64,000 nucleotides of DNA from Candidatus Poribacteria bacterium (GCA_036339735.1 JAYZAL010000088.1:109676-173675); one strand, 5' to 3'; shown: positions 29,810 through 41,612, counted from the first letter of the stretch. Numbers and translations: made by a program. The notes: generated by a model not told the origin, from the sequence alone.

Positions 29810-30703
29810 CTAGTTCGCTGTGGCAATTAAGAAAATTCCAGCTACCATAGTTGAAGCAGAAATCAGTCGTAATTTTAGTTGTGATTCGCCTAAGCTGAGG
29901 CCTCCAAGTAGGACAACAAAGATGACTGAGAATTGACGAATAGCACTTATGTAGCTTACTGGTTCAGTCATTAAGACATACAAAATCAAACTATAGGAAG
30001 AAATTTTGAGGAAAGTCGACACAAAAATCCGTTTTGTCGACTTTCGGCCGGTGGTCATTATCTCTTTCCAAGGGAAACGGTATACAATATAACTAACGTA
30101 GAGAACTGATGATAGAAAAGATTCAGCTAAAAGGTACACAATCGCATTCATAATTTTGAAATCTCCCACCTGACCATAAAACTCAGCCATCCCTTTTTTG
30201 TCTATGATTGAATATGCTACAACTGTCGCTAAAGTTGAAAAAGACCAAAAAGATTCTGGTTTTTTCAGATAATCCATGAAATTATGGATACTGTGTAATC
30301 CTTCTGGTCGGATTAGCAGATAGACGGAAACCAGAGTACAGAAAATACCAATTACTCCTTGAAACGAAATCTTCTCACCCAGAAATAAAATAGCAAATAT
30401 AGGTATTAATCCTGGCGCAGAACGAGTAATGGGATAGACATATGAAATTTCACCGGCAGTATAAGCTTGACTTAGAGAAACAAGATAAACAAAATGGACG
30501 ATTGCAGAAGCAATAATATATAACCAAATAGGTGACGGAATCATAGGCCGAAGAGTCAGAAAAACAGTAGCTGAAATAGAAATGCTAGCCATGGATATCC
30601 ATGCTAAAAAGAGTTGAGGAGAGTTGCTAGCCTTGCTCAAATAATTCCAACACGCGTGACATAAAGCAGAAAGTAAAACCAAAGCAACGACGTAGATTTC
30701 CAT
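29810..30703 (-). CDS. EamA/DMT family transporter
   Basis: ~10 TM helices; 'SALCHACWN', 'AY..GEISYVYPI.R', 'SAIRQFSV'. Confidence 0.9.
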   Translation of the reverse strand: MEIYVVALVLLSALCHACWNYLSKASNSPQLFLAWISMASISISATVFLTLRPMIPSPIWLYIIASAIVHFVYLVSLSQAYTAGEISYVYPITRSAPGLIPIFAILFLGEKISFQGVIGIFCTLVSVYLLIRPEGLHSIHNFMDYLKKPESFWSFSTLATVVAYSIIDKKGMAEFYGQVGDFKIMNAIVYLLAESFLSSVLYVSYIVYRFPWKEIMTTGRKSTKRIFVSTFLKISSYSLILYVLMTEPVSYISAIRQFSVIFVVLLGGLSLGESQLKLRLISASTMVAGIFLIATAN

Positions 30704-30793
30704 TTAACTTAACCCAAGTCTATTAATGGAAAATTCATTAATAGTTTATATCATTATATTCAAGAGTCAGATCAATTAAATTGACTCTTGTTT

Positions 30794-31708
30794 TCATTTG
30801 GTATAGCCGTCTTGATTAGTCTTTCGCCAATCAGGTAAATACCCTTCAGTTACCCCAAATCCATAAGATGGACCGATTTGGTTCTGAGTTGACCATGGCC
30901 ATCCCTGACCACCAATAATTCTGTACTCGTCCCCTTTTCCACATAACCAATAAAACATATGTGCTGCATATCGAGCAGAGTTGTGTCCACCATAATCTGC
31001 AGTATGAAAGTCGAAATTCTTCTCTACAATCCAATCTCTTTTTGGTGGTACAGTGCGCCAATAATTGTATTTAAGCATATGCCTCAGTCCATTTTGGGTA
31101 GATTTCCCACGACGGTGCAGGATACTCTGGTGATGGATACCTAGAGTTCCAGCTGGCCCTTCACTGAGCACTCCTTTGTCTTCTGGCTTACAGTTAGTAT
31201 GTGTAATATGCGATCCTGGTAACAATTCAGTTGGTCCTAACTCGGCTGGTGTATCTTGAGGAAAGTAGAAAACTTCGAGAAAATTAAGCTCAGGACCAAA
31301 AACACAATCAGCATCATGATGCCACTGCTGGGCTTCCGCTGGGCACTTTACCTTGTGATGACTAGCTAGAATAGGTAACCCAACATTCTTACCTAGCAAA
31401 GAACGCATAATACCAATCAGTGATTCATTGAGTAGGACGTATTCAATGAACCAATCTTCCAGAAATATAGTGCTGGGCTCATGTGAGCTACGTATACGAT
31501 CTAGTTCTATCTGATTCATTCCAACCGGGATAAAGCTCGGGTTAGCTGGTATTTTTCCTTCTAGATAGTCACATGTACGCTGATTGATATCATCAGGTAC
31601 GACTGCTGGAAGTATCAGGTATCCTCGCTTACAAAAGTCTAGGATCTGGTTATCAGCCAACGTTGGTGAGCAATCGAAAGTTCGAGCAGTGTTGTCGTAA
31701 ATCATCAA
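30794..31708 (-). CDS. PhyH family Fe(II)/2OG oxygenase
   Basis: 'QWHHDAD', 'YFPQDTP.ELGPTELLPGSH', 'ILHRR'. Confidence 0.8.
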   Translation of the reverse strand: MMIYDNTARTFDCSPTLADNQILDFCKRGYLILPAVVPDDINQRTCDYLEGKIPANPSFIPVGMNQIELDRIRSSHEPSTIFLEDWFIEYVLLNESLIGIMRSLLGKNVGLPILASHHKVKCPAEAQQWHHDADCVFGPELNFLEVFYFPQDTPAELGPTELLPGSHITHTNCKPEDKGVLSEGPAGTLGIHHQSILHRRGKSTQNGLRHMLKYNYWRTVPPKRDWIVEKNFDFHTADYGGHNSARYAAHMFYWLCGKGDEYRIIGGQGWPWSTQNQIGPSYGFGVTEGYLPDWRKTNQDGYTK

Positions 31709-32127
31709 TATTTCCTTATGGATCGACTACTAATTGGATCTTTTAAAGCGATACCATTCTCCTGAGTTATTATTTCTCTCGTTATGCAATTATTTACTGT
31801 ACAAGATCGGCTAAGAAAAGTATATTGAATATCTATACCTTTCTGTTTTATTGGGTGTTAAACAAAAAATGTGATTATCCGCTTTACGTATTGGCCTCCG
31901 GTATCTTCATCATTACAAGAAATTTATAAATGGTTATGCATACTTTTGGATTGAAGTGTGCTCGCTCACCTATAAACTGATCATAATTTGAGCAGTTTTA
32001 ATCTGATATGTAAACTATATCATTCTAGTTATACTAGCAATAGTTATTTATGTTGTTGAAATTGATAAAAATTAAATGAAGTATGGAAGATCAGAATATG
32101 TTTCTTGAAGTTGTATATTACTCGTTA

Positions 32128-32175
32128 TTGTCAATTCTATATCAAATTGACAACATATTACCTCTCATCTACAAT
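32128..32175 (+). promoter_or_regulatory. sigma70-type promoter with overlapping palindrome, upstream of the nitrilase pair
   Basis: TTGACA (32147-32152)-N17-TACAAT (32170-32175); palindrome TTGTCAATT-N8-AATTGACAA (32128-32153). Confidence 0.65.
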
Positions 32176-32243
32176 GCAAAAATATGAAATTAGTAAACTC
32201 TAATTGATTATTTGAACATATAATCATACTGAGTAAGAAAAAA

Positions 32244-33074
32244 ATGAAGATTGCAGCTTACCAACTATTGACAGGACCAGATGTCCAATTGAACCTGGAG
32301 CAGGTTATCCTCGGTATAGAGGAAGCAGCTGACTTAGGAGTACAAATTTTAGCATTCCCTGAAGGATGTCTATTTGGATATTGTTGTTCTCAGGATTATT
32401 GGAACCAGATGCACCCCTCAATTTTTAAGGAAGCAGAGGAACGAATTAGCAAGCTATGCCTGAAATATCGAATAGCTATTGTTATTGGCTCTGCTAGTTT
32501 TGAAAATGGAGGTTGGTATAATGATTTAGCGATATTTGACTCAGATGGTGTCCTGAAGCATCGATATGCAAAGACCTTTTTAGCAGGAGAAAAATGGTGT
32601 GAAAATTCACAAAAGAAAATACCAGTTGTTGACCTAGCGGGTGTCCCATGCTCTTTTATTATTTGCCACGATATCCGTTATCCGGAGCTAGTAAGGCTAC
32701 CTGCCGCAATAGGAGCACAAATCTGTATCTTTTGTTCTTGTGAGTCTAATTTATTGAATGAACATAAACTGTCAGCTTACCGAGCTATGCCGATCTCTCG
32801 CGCTACTGAAAGTGGTATCTATTTACTCATGGCTAATACACCAGGGAATCCATCGAACTTAGCTGATCCAGGTTCTTCCCATGGTAATTCGAAAATTGTT
32901 GATCCTGATGGTAACGTGATATTAGAAGCTGGATACTTTGAGAACCGATTAGTAATAGCAGATATAGACCTGAATCGGTCCACAGGTTGGGTCGCAAAAC
33001 GAGTGCTGAAAGAAAAAACTCAACTCCAAGATTGGTTTTATAAAGGTGTTTCCGAACTAGTAGAAAGAATTTAA
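32244..33074 (+). CDS. Carbon-nitrogen hydrolase (nitrilase superfamily)
   Basis: Glu-Lys-Cys triad: 'FPEG', 'YAKT', 'ICHDIRYPE'; 'GNSKIVDPDG'. Confidence 0.92.
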   Translation: MKIAAYQLLTGPDVQLNLEQVILGIEEAADLGVQILAFPEGCLFGYCCSQDYWNQMHPSIFKEAEERISKLCLKYRIAIVIGSASFENGGWYNDLAIFDSDGVLKHRYAKTFLAGEKWCENSQKKIPVVDLAGVPCSFIICHDIRYPELVRLPAAIGAQICIFCSCESNLLNEHKLSAYRAMPISRATESGIYLLMANTPGNPSNLADPGSSHGNSKIVDPDGNVILEAGYFENRLVIADIDLNRSTGWVAKRVLKEKTQLQDWFYKGVSELVERI

Positions 33075-33236
33075 CCTCGAATTGATTTTGCTAAATTCGT
33101 TTATATGATAGTGTCTATAAATTTAACTCACGATGTTTCCTATTAATTGTTTCATAACTTATTACATAAAATTTAATCCTAAAAATTTTCTAATGGTCCA
33201 TGGTAGTGGATCTTTTTTTGAAGTTAGAGGAGATAA

Positions 33237-34010
33237 ATGAATCTTCGAGTTGCAGGAGCACAAATTTCGGTTTCGACAAATATTGATGACAATGTAGCAA
33301 TAATCGAGCGTGCAATCGATTACGCTAAAGATGAGCAAGCAGAGATTTTAGTAACACCTGAGGGATCGCTCAGTGGATACACTCACCAGTTCGATTCGCA
33401 AAAGGTTAATGAAGCACTAATTCGAGTGAGGAAAAAGGCCAAAACTGCAGGAATTGGTTTGGCATTGGGAACTTGTTTTGTAGAACCTGAAGATCAAAAA
33501 TGTTACAACCAGATCCGATTCTATAATCAAAATGGAATCTACCTAGGATTCCATAGCAAGATTTTGACATGTGGGAGTATGACCAACCCACCTGAAGGTG
33601 AAATCAATTACTATACAACTAGCCCGCTACGAACCTTTGATTTCAACCAAATCAAGGTCGGGGGTCTGATCTGTAACGACTTATGGGCTAACCCAGGTTG
33701 TACACCAAAACCAGACCCCCACTTGACTCAAAAATTGTCAGATATGGATACCCAAATTATATTTCACGCAGTCAATGGTGGAAGGAGTTCGGATGAGTGG
33801 TCTGATGTAGCATGGGAATACCATCAATCTAATCTCCGAATGCGAGCTAGATCTGGTCATGTATGGGTTGTAACAGTTGATAATTGTAAGCCAATAGAAA
33901 TTCGTTGTTCTTCTCCCTCCGGTGTGATTAATCCGCAAGGAGAATGGGTTTGCCAGGTACCATCCAAAGGCGAACAGTTTTTTTGCTACTCTATTATCGA
34001 TCCATCTTGA
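33237..34010 (+). CDS. Carbon-nitrogen hydrolase (nitrilase superfamily)
   Basis: 'TPEGSLSGY', 'HSKI', 'GLICNDLW', 'SGVINPQG'; GAGGAG RBS. Confidence 0.9.
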   Translation: MNLRVAGAQISVSTNIDDNVAIIERAIDYAKDEQAEILVTPEGSLSGYTHQFDSQKVNEALIRVRKKAKTAGIGLALGTCFVEPEDQKCYNQIRFYNQNGIYLGFHSKILTCGSMTNPPEGEINYYTTSPLRTFDFNQIKVGGLICNDLWANPGCTPKPDPHLTQKLSDMDTQIIFHAVNGGRSSDEWSDVAWEYHQSNLRMRARSGHVWVVTVDNCKPIEIRCSSPSGVINPQGEWVCQVPSKGEQFFCYSIIDPS

Positions 34011-34488
34011 ATCCAGATCAGATAGATTTTCATTCTCAATGTAGAATATCAAGAGTCTGATTTTAACAATATTCAGAAACCCATTTAACAGAAAGCGTCC
34101 GACTAATCGGAGAAATAGCGTTTCGACTGATATTATTCAATAGATACTGGGAACAAAAAAGGTAGAAAACACAACGACTAGTTCAAGGTAGACTATGCTT
34201 AGTTTTATTTTCGGGAATCAAATTAAGTGGGTATTAGAATGCAATAGTTTAATATAATTGTGTCAGCACAGCCACTTTCACAATTTATATTCATATTTTT
34301 CTACTTCCTTTGTGCCTGATTTTACTTGTTCTCGGTCGATACATTTGATTTTATATTAGGTATTAAGATAAAAATAATTTATCCTAGTACAGGAAAACTT
34401 ATGTAATTGACTCTTATAAAAGATCAGTCAGAAAATATAATTAATTATTGTTTAGAAAAATGAGATCTTATTCTAATTAATACTGTCT

Positions 34489-35715
34489 TTAGTTATGTGC
34501 TCTGGCTTTAGCTAGTCCTAAACGCATTGTGATAAATGCTAGACTACTAAGCAAAAACCACCCAACAACTAGCGGGAATAATGTTTTTTTGTAGTTTTGA
34601 CCGACAATTGTTCCACAGGCCCAAGAGATTGATGTAGAGATTGAACCAATAACAGCAGCTGCTATTCCAGCTCTTTCTCCCATGGGTTCCATTGCCATAG
34701 CATTTAAATTACCCATTAGAAAACCTACCTGAAAAAATAGACAACATAGAAATAACATAGTTATCCACAAAGAAGTCTGTCCATTGCCGAAAAATATAAA
34801 CACTAAGAACATTAACGAAAAACTTATCATTAACAAAAGGGCAGTAGAAGCAAGTCTTATCATACCTAATTGCTTGACTAGGCTTGAGTTTAAAATCGAC
34901 GATATGCCTACAGACGTTGCCAATCCAGCAAAAAAAAGAGGAAAGCGATCTTGCTCTTGATACAAATCAGCAAAAATCTGTGGGGCAGACATTAAGAATC
35001 CTACCATATTTCCGAAAACGAAACCTTGTGAGACAGAAAATAAAAAAGTTGTCTTTTCTTCCAAAACCAGACGAATTTCCTTCAACAGTAAGCTCGCATT
35101 AAATGTCTTTCGATTCTCCATAAGAAGTGTTTCTGGTTGCCGGATCCCTAGCCAAAAAACGACAACCGTAGCGTGAGTGAGCAGAAGTACAAAAATTGAT
35201 CGATAACTATAGTATTTTAATATCAATTGTCCGAGGCTAGGAGCTAGTGCCGGAACAATAATGAAAATACTTATTACGATTGACATGATTTTTGCCATGT
35301 CAGCTCCCACATATTGATCTCGGATTATAGCTTGTGAGATGACTCGAGCAGAAGATACACCTAACCCCTGTAGCAGTCGTCCAAATAGCATGACTTTAAA
35401 GTTAGTAGCATGATAGGAAACAATGCAGCCAATAGTAAAAATAAAAATGCCAACGAAGAACGATCGCTTACGACCAATTATGTCAGACAAAGGTCCGTAA
35501 AGAAGCTGGCCAAATGAAAATGCTGCGAACATTACACTTATCACTAATTGGGCGCTATTTTCTTTGACAACTCCAAGATCTTCTCCAATTATTGTGACTG
35601 CTGGTAGTATCGTATCAATGGAGAGTGCCGATAGGGCCATCATCATAGCCAGTAATGGTATTAGTTCAATCAAAGACAAACGATTTTTGTAGGTGGAAAT
35701 TATGTTATCTGACAC
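34489..35715 (-). CDS. Bcr/CflA family MFS efflux transporter
   Basis: 'ALSID.ILPA', 'GQLLYGPLSD.IGRK', 'GRLLQGLG', ~12 TM. Confidence 0.9.
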   Translation of the reverse strand: MSDNIISTYKNRLSLIELIPLLAMMMALSALSIDTILPAVTIIGEDLGVVKENSAQLVISVMFAAFSFGQLLYGPLSDIIGRKRSFFVGIFIFTIGCIVSYHATNFKVMLFGRLLQGLGVSSARVISQAIIRDQYVGADMAKIMSIVISIFIIVPALAPSLGQLILKYYSYRSIFVLLLTHATVVVFWLGIRQPETLLMENRKTFNASLLLKEIRLVLEEKTTFLFSVSQGFVFGNMVGFLMSAPQIFADLYQEQDRFPLFFAGLATSVGISSILNSSLVKQLGMIRLASTALLLMISFSLMFLVFIFFGNGQTSLWITMLFLCCLFFQVGFLMGNLNAMAMEPMGERAGIAAAVIGSISTSISWACGTIVGQNYKKTLFPLVVGWFLLSSLAFITMRLGLAKARAHN

Positions 35716-35931
35716 TCAGAAATTCCTTCTCTTTTGCATTATTCATTTAAATTTAGGCACAATATTCCCATCTGTACATATAGAAAATAGATTTTGAGGT
35801 GTCTAAACTTAATCAATTTTCAGATGATTGATAAAACATCATATATTCAGACGTAAATCGTAGTACTCAGAAATTTGCTGAAGCCACTTTTTTGAGAAAT
35901 TTCTTCACACACTATCGAATTCAGAAATAAT

Positions 35932-37530
35932 TTATTGATTAACTAAATTCAGAGCATCAGCACCTAGGCGATCTTCTAATTGTTTAAAATATAAACTCCG
36001 TGGTGTTACCTTTTTTCCGTGAGATTCCCAATAACCATTCTCGCGTTTGTATCTTCCATCTTTCTTTTTACCAATACACCCAATAGCATAATTTTGTGCA
36101 GTCGGTGGACGCTGAATAATAAAACTCTCAGCTTCACAGTTCCATAGGACTTTTTGTGCTCCAGCCCATCCATGTCCTGTACCTGAATCTTGCCGATCCT
36201 GTACATTTATTGCATTTCCATTCACAACCACGTTATCAAACAATGTAGCGACCGACCATCTATGATGTGGTCCTGTATCTGAATGCGCCATGTCAGCAAT
36301 GCAATATACAAAAGCATTAGGCCCCGCTACTCGAGAGTGTAGGACATAGTCGTGCCGTCCACGACGAGTGTAACACCTCAAGACCAAAGATAATTGCCCT
36401 TGAATAGGAAATGAGTATCGTCTAGATCCAATAATTTGTGAAACAGGATCTAAACATTGACTATCCTGAACTGTAATCCACTTACAATCAGGCCCAACAG
36501 TCACACACGAATAGCCAAAGTGAACCGATGTTACTTGTTTAGCCCAAGCGTTTTTAATTTGAGAAAAAACAACAAAGTTCCAGCCGTGATTTTCATCTAT
36601 AAATTCTCCTTGTCTACGATGGTCTTTCTTCTTTTCATCAAACTCCGATACTCCACGTAAATTCTCAATTCCGACCTGCTCAATTCGTTGTAAGTACCTG
36701 TACTTATAGATCCATCCACCGCCGTATTTACGATCAAATGAGCTGCCCATCGGCGCGTCGATGGTAATTTCGTTACCATTTATTGCAACGATTACTCGAT
36801 CAAATTTCAAATCATATTTTCCGGGCTTCCACTGAATGACGCCGGGTTTTATCGATCGAATACGATTCATGCCAATGGATTCAATCCATTCCAAGGTACT
36901 TGGCCGGTGAACAATTATTTGATCACCGATCATAAAATCTGAAGCGTCGGTTACTGAAAAATTTCTTTTGCCAACTGGAATATATTCGTCAGTAATTATT
37001 TGGTGTGTGTGGTGAACCTCACGAGCTCCACCACTATGGCTAGCGAAATTGATTAGTGTGATTTTTTCCTTTCCAGTGGCAACTAGTACTGTTCCATCCT
37101 CATTGTTTCCTTCACCGCGTAAGACTACTCCACTGGCTCTTACTTTGAGAGTTCGGCTAATTCGATATGTGCCTTTCTTGAACAATAAAGCTCCACGAAA
37201 CCCACTGGCATTCATTTCCTTCTGAGACAGGTCATCAATCTTTGACTGTATCCTTTTTGTATCATCGCCTTCTGCTTGGGGGGCCACTATCATAACCACT
37301 GGTACATTCGGTAACGCAACACCGCCGCCCATATATCCACAATGAGAAAAATCAGGAATTACATTCCCTTTCTCATCAGGTGTGTACACTAATTTTCCAT
37401 CCTTGTCGGGATAGACCAACCGACTAAAATTGTTCTCTGGCCACGAAGGTCTAACATGAATATGAAACATTATGAGAACAAAAGAAGAGGTTACTAAAAA
37501 AGTGAAAAATTGATTCTTTTCAAATTTCAT
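35932..37530 (-). CDS. Secreted pectin-lyase-fold (parallel beta-helix) protein
   Basis: 'IPDFSHCGYMGGG', 'GALLFKKGTY', 'GVVLRGEG', 'GPHHRWS...LFDN', 'GHGWAGA', 'PRSLY..QL'. Confidence 0.75.
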   Translation of the reverse strand: MKFEKNQFFTFLVTSSFVLIMFHIHVRPSWPENNFSRLVYPDKDGKLVYTPDEKGNVIPDFSHCGYMGGGVALPNVPVVMIVAPQAEGDDTKRIQSKIDDLSQKEMNASGFRGALLFKKGTYRISRTLKVRASGVVLRGEGNNEDGTVLVATGKEKITLINFASHSGGAREVHHTHQIITDEYIPVGKRNFSVTDASDFMIGDQIIVHRPSTLEWIESIGMNRIRSIKPGVIQWKPGKYDLKFDRVIVAINGNEITIDAPMGSSFDRKYGGGWIYKYRYLQRIEQVGIENLRGVSEFDEKKKDHRRQGEFIDENHGWNFVVFSQIKNAWAKQVTSVHFGYSCVTVGPDCKWITVQDSQCLDPVSQIIGSRRYSFPIQGQLSLVLRCYTRRGRHDYVLHSRVAGPNAFVYCIADMAHSDTGPHHRWSVATLFDNVVVNGNAINVQDRQDSGTGHGWAGAQKVLWNCEAESFIIQRPPTAQNYAIGCIGKKKDGRYKRENGYWESHGKKVTPRSLYFKQLEDRLGADALNLVNQ

Positions 37531-37945
37531 TGACCCAATTTAGATTTTTTGCTTTCCACTAAGTTCGATTAAGTTTGATACCATTTATAGTCTGCAGAAT
37601 CCAATATCTAAAAAAGAAAATAATTAGAACTGGATGTGAGTTATGTCATTGTTTTAGGTTCTGTGTAAGAATATACTATTTATGTAATGTTATGCTTTAT
37701 AGAAATCTATAATCTCTTGTAGTTTCTGAAGCAGTAGTGGTAACCCTGACAAAAGACTTTAAGTCAAGACCAAAAAGCCAATTCCATTAGAGGAAATCTT
37801 TCTTTCTAAATTCAGTCAGACACACGCGAACTAGTCATGGATTTAGCATTAATGATCGAAACCAAGATTAAGAATATCAATCCGATTATTAGGATAATAC
37901 TGCTGCCGAAATAATCTGCTCAATAAGTTGCCAAGGAAATAGAAT

Positions 37946-39370
37946 ATGTGTGATGAGAATAAAAATCCCAATATCTTAATTATCATGTCCGATGATCAAG
38001 GGCCTTGGGCCATGAATTGTGCTGGTACTACAGAACTCCATACCCCTAGATTAAATCAGCTGGCCAATCAAGGAATTCGATTCGAAAACTTCTTTTGCGC
38101 ATCACCCGTATGCTCTCCAGCACGAGCCTCTTTCTTGACCGGTCGTATTCCATCTCAACATGGTATCCATGATTGGATTAAATCTGGAAATATCGATGTA
38201 GAAGATAATATCACTTGGAGTGGAGCTGACCAGCCAATAAATTATTTGTCTGGAATGACTGCATTTACTGATGTTCTTGCTCAAAACGGATACATTTGTG
38301 GTCTTTCTGGCAAATGGCATCTTGGAGATAGCGCCACAGCCCAGAAAAGCCATACTTTTTGGTCTGCTCATTCACTTGGAGGTGATAGCTATACTAATTA
38401 TTTTGTATTTAATAATAGCCGAGAAATGACACTTCAGAAGCAGTACGTAACCGACTTTTTTACTGATCGTGCTATTGATTTTTTGGACGAGTTTGGGCAA
38501 AGTGAAAATCCTTTTTGTCTAAGTGTCCATTATACAGCGCCGCATTCTCCTTGGCGACAAGAAGAGCAGCCATCTGATATATGGAATCTGTATAACGATG
38601 TGGCTTTCGATTCTCTACCTTCATTACCACCACATGATTGGAATGGGTGGAACCCTAGCCTAGAAAATCGACGTCAGACCATTCAAGGTTACTTCACCAC
38701 AATCACAGCCATGGATATGGCAATTGGGCGTATTCTAGACAAATTAGAGGGCCTGGGTATCAGTGAGGATACGCTGATTATTTTTACTAGTGACAATGGA
38801 TATAACATGGGCCATCACGGAATACTTGGAAAAGGAAATGGTACCTATCCACTGAATATGTACGAGGAATCCGTTAAAGTTCCCTTTATCGCTTGCCATC
38901 CTGGTCGAATACCACCATCAATAGTCAATAAAGACTTGCTTAGCCACTACGACTTCATGCCTACTGTACTAGACTATTTGGGCTTGGAGTTACCGCCTGA
39001 TTTAAATCTACCAGGAAGTAGCTTCGTTCCAGCTTTAGAGGGTAAAAACCATACTGGGAATCAATCAGTAGCTATTTGTGATGAATATGGGCCGACCCGA
39101 ATGCTACGTGAGAAAGAATGGAAGTATATTCATCGATACCCAGAGGGTCCACATGAACTTTATAACCTAATCGAAGATCCAGAGGAGAACCACAATTTGG
39201 TAGGTGTGTCTGGATATCGTGAACCCCTTATAAGATTACGTGCCGATCTGGAAAAATGGTTTAGTCAGTACGTTGAAGTTGGATTAGATGGAGTAAACCA
39301 ACCAGTAACTGGAAGAGGACAAATTGATACCATTGGTATCGATCAAGATGAACAAGTCGCATTTGTTTAA
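37946..39370 (+). CDS. Sulfatase (CxPxR)
   Basis: 'PNILIIMSDDQG', 'PVCSPARASFLTG', 'GKWHLG', 'SDNG'. Confidence 0.93.
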   Translation: MCDENKNPNILIIMSDDQGPWAMNCAGTTELHTPRLNQLANQGIRFENFFCASPVCSPARASFLTGRIPSQHGIHDWIKSGNIDVEDNITWSGADQPINYLSGMTAFTDVLAQNGYICGLSGKWHLGDSATAQKSHTFWSAHSLGGDSYTNYFVFNNSREMTLQKQYVTDFFTDRAIDFLDEFGQSENPFCLSVHYTAPHSPWRQEEQPSDIWNLYNDVAFDSLPSLPPHDWNGWNPSLENRRQTIQGYFTTITAMDMAIGRILDKLEGLGISEDTLIIFTSDNGYNMGHHGILGKGNGTYPLNMYEESVKVPFIACHPGRIPPSIVNKDLLSHYDFMPTVLDYLGLELPPDLNLPGSSFVPALEGKNHTGNQSVAICDEYGPTRMLREKEWKYIHRYPEGPHELYNLIEDPEENHNLVGVSGYREPLIRLRADLEKWFSQYVEVGLDGVNQPVTGRGQIDTIGIDQDEQVAFV

Positions 39371-39715
39371 TCGATTTAATTTCTCTGGTCGGAAAGCAAT
39401 ATTAGCTATTAGATTGAGGGGCTAGTTAATCTGTTCTAAATCTGTTTGATCAGTTTTAGGATCTACTTTTTTACTTGACGACTCCCAGACTCTTTCGGAT
39501 TCGATTTCTTTCTGTTTCCGTTTCGTTATGGAAAGGTGAATACAAAATAGTTTCTGATTTTTGTATTTTCAGTTTAGCCTTAACTTTTACATATGTCTAT
39601 ATCGATAAAGATCGAGATTACTACTGTACTAACAATGTGGAATTTCTGTTTTTTTAGTAAGGTTTCGATATAAGAAAGATAACAAAGTAAATAATGGAGA
39701 ACGGAAAAACACTAA

Positions 39716-41182
39716 ATGAAAGTTTACCAACTCTATCTTGTCGTAGGATTCTTGACCTTCTTATCTCAATTGTTGACATCGTATGCTGAAAGATACTTGA
39801 TTTCGTCCCAATCGGATTTCGATCGATTGAAAACTAATACGTTTCAACCTAAAGACGTAATCCTATTCAAAAAAGGAGTCCGTTTTACGGGTATGTTTTC
39901 ACCGGAAGGAAAAGGAATTTCTGGATCTCCCATTCGAATAGATGTCTATGGACAGGGGCATCGGCCTCGGATAGATGCCAAAGGAAAGGAAAGAGCTGGT
40001 TTGCTTTTACGGAATCCTTCATTTTGGGAAGTCAATGGGCTGGAAATCACGAATTCCAACGGAACCGATGATGATCAAGGAGAGTTATTTGGCATCTACG
40101 TTTTGGCTGACAAGAAGGAAGGAATATACGAACATGTATATATCAATAATTGCTACATCCATAATGTCAATGGGAAAGTAGGTGGAAAGAAGCGTGGGGG
40201 TATCCATGTTCATATCAAGAAATTGAAACGATCGATATTCCACGATCTACGTATCACTAATAACCAGATTTTCCATGTTGGAGGAGTTGGTATAGGCAAT
40301 TCCTCTTCTTGTGGGAAAATAGAGTTTAGAAAGTCCGACGAAATCAGTCATTATCTATGGACAAATGTATATGTAGCAGACAATCATGTCGATTTTACAG
40401 GACGGAATAATATCATCGCACGTGTCAGTAAAGACGCAATCTATGAACGTAATATTCTGGCTAATAGTAGCCGATATAGTACTGGTCATAGTATTTTTTG
40501 TTTTAACACGAATGGAATCAAGATTCAATTCAATGAAGCCTATGGTAATGTTGGCGAAGGTGGAATCGATCGTGGTGGGTTTGATGCTGATTACAATTGT
40601 GTTAATACATTTATCCAATACAATTATAGCCACGATAATCTATGGTTTTGTGGAATTATGAAAAAGAGAAATCGAAATGTAGTTATTCGCTATAATTTAA
40701 GCCAAAACGATAAGGAAGGAATCTATTTTTATGGATTTGAAAATGAAAAACAAGCTAAGAACATTCACATCTACAACAACACACACTATGTGAAAAAAGG
40801 ACTAAAGGTCTCCGTTTTTGCTGGAGATCGAACTCCACTTAACTCACGGTTTGAGAATAATATCTTTTTCTTTGAGGAACAAGGGAAATGGGGCAATAGA
40901 CTTGAAGAAATCAATACTGTTTTCAGAAACAACCTCTATTTCAACCTCGAACCTCACGGGTCTGATCCAAACCCTATTAATATAGATCCTAAATTTATCA
41001 ATGCTGGGCACGCAGGATTCAATATTGATCTAGATACGATGGAAGAACTTAATGGGTACAGTCGGAAATTAAGTACTAAGCCTTCTATTAATAATGATGG
41101 GGTTGAAATCATAAATAACGGTGGTCAGAACCTGCTTAAAGAAGAAGTCAAATTAGGCCATCAAGGAATTGGAGCTTTCTGA
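39716..41182 (+). CDS. Secreted right-handed parallel beta-helix protein
   Basis: Signal peptide; Asn-ladder repeats 'IQFNEAY', 'GFDAD', 'IQYNYSHDN', 'IYNNT', 'FENNIF'. Confidence 0.8.
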   Translation: MKVYQLYLVVGFLTFLSQLLTSYAERYLISSQSDFDRLKTNTFQPKDVILFKKGVRFTGMFSPEGKGISGSPIRIDVYGQGHRPRIDAKGKERAGLLLRNPSFWEVNGLEITNSNGTDDDQGELFGIYVLADKKEGIYEHVYINNCYIHNVNGKVGGKKRGGIHVHIKKLKRSIFHDLRITNNQIFHVGGVGIGNSSSCGKIEFRKSDEISHYLWTNVYVADNHVDFTGRNNIIARVSKDAIYERNILANSSRYSTGHSIFCFNTNGIKIQFNEAYGNVGEGGIDRGGFDADYNCVNTFIQYNYSHDNLWFCGIMKKRNRNVVIRYNLSQNDKEGIYFYGFENEKQAKNIHIYNNTHYVKKGLKVSVFAGDRTPLNSRFENNIFFFEEQGKWGNRLEEINTVFRNNLYFNLEPHGSDPNPINIDPKFINAGHAGFNIDLDTMEELNGYSRKLSTKPSINNDGVEIINNGGQNLLKEEVKLGHQGIGAF

Positions 41183-41612
41183 GTCTAGACAGGAATATAG
41201 GTTAAAATCCTAAGCTAAGTCAGGCCAAGTATACGATTGAATCAGTTCATGCTTGTTGTTCTAGCAAGGAATTCAGTAAATCTCCCCTCGTTCATAAATA
41301 TCTCACCAGTTAAAATTAGCCTCTGTAATACTGTGCCATATGAATATTGACGGTCATAATCTAAACAGATTTTTGGCCCCAAGATTGTGAGTAAAGCCCA
41401 TACAGGCATAAGGCACAGCCCCAAATTTCATTGTGAATCTGAGAAACAATATTGTTCACAATGACAATTAGGAAATTGTGGGTGGAAATTTACCAAAAAA
41501 GATTATGATAAGATCTTCCATTCGTGTATGTTTACCAAATTACGATATCGCTTAATTTTTATCAAAATTGAGAACTAAAGAACAAATAAAGGGAAAAAAC
41601 AGAACGGAGGTC

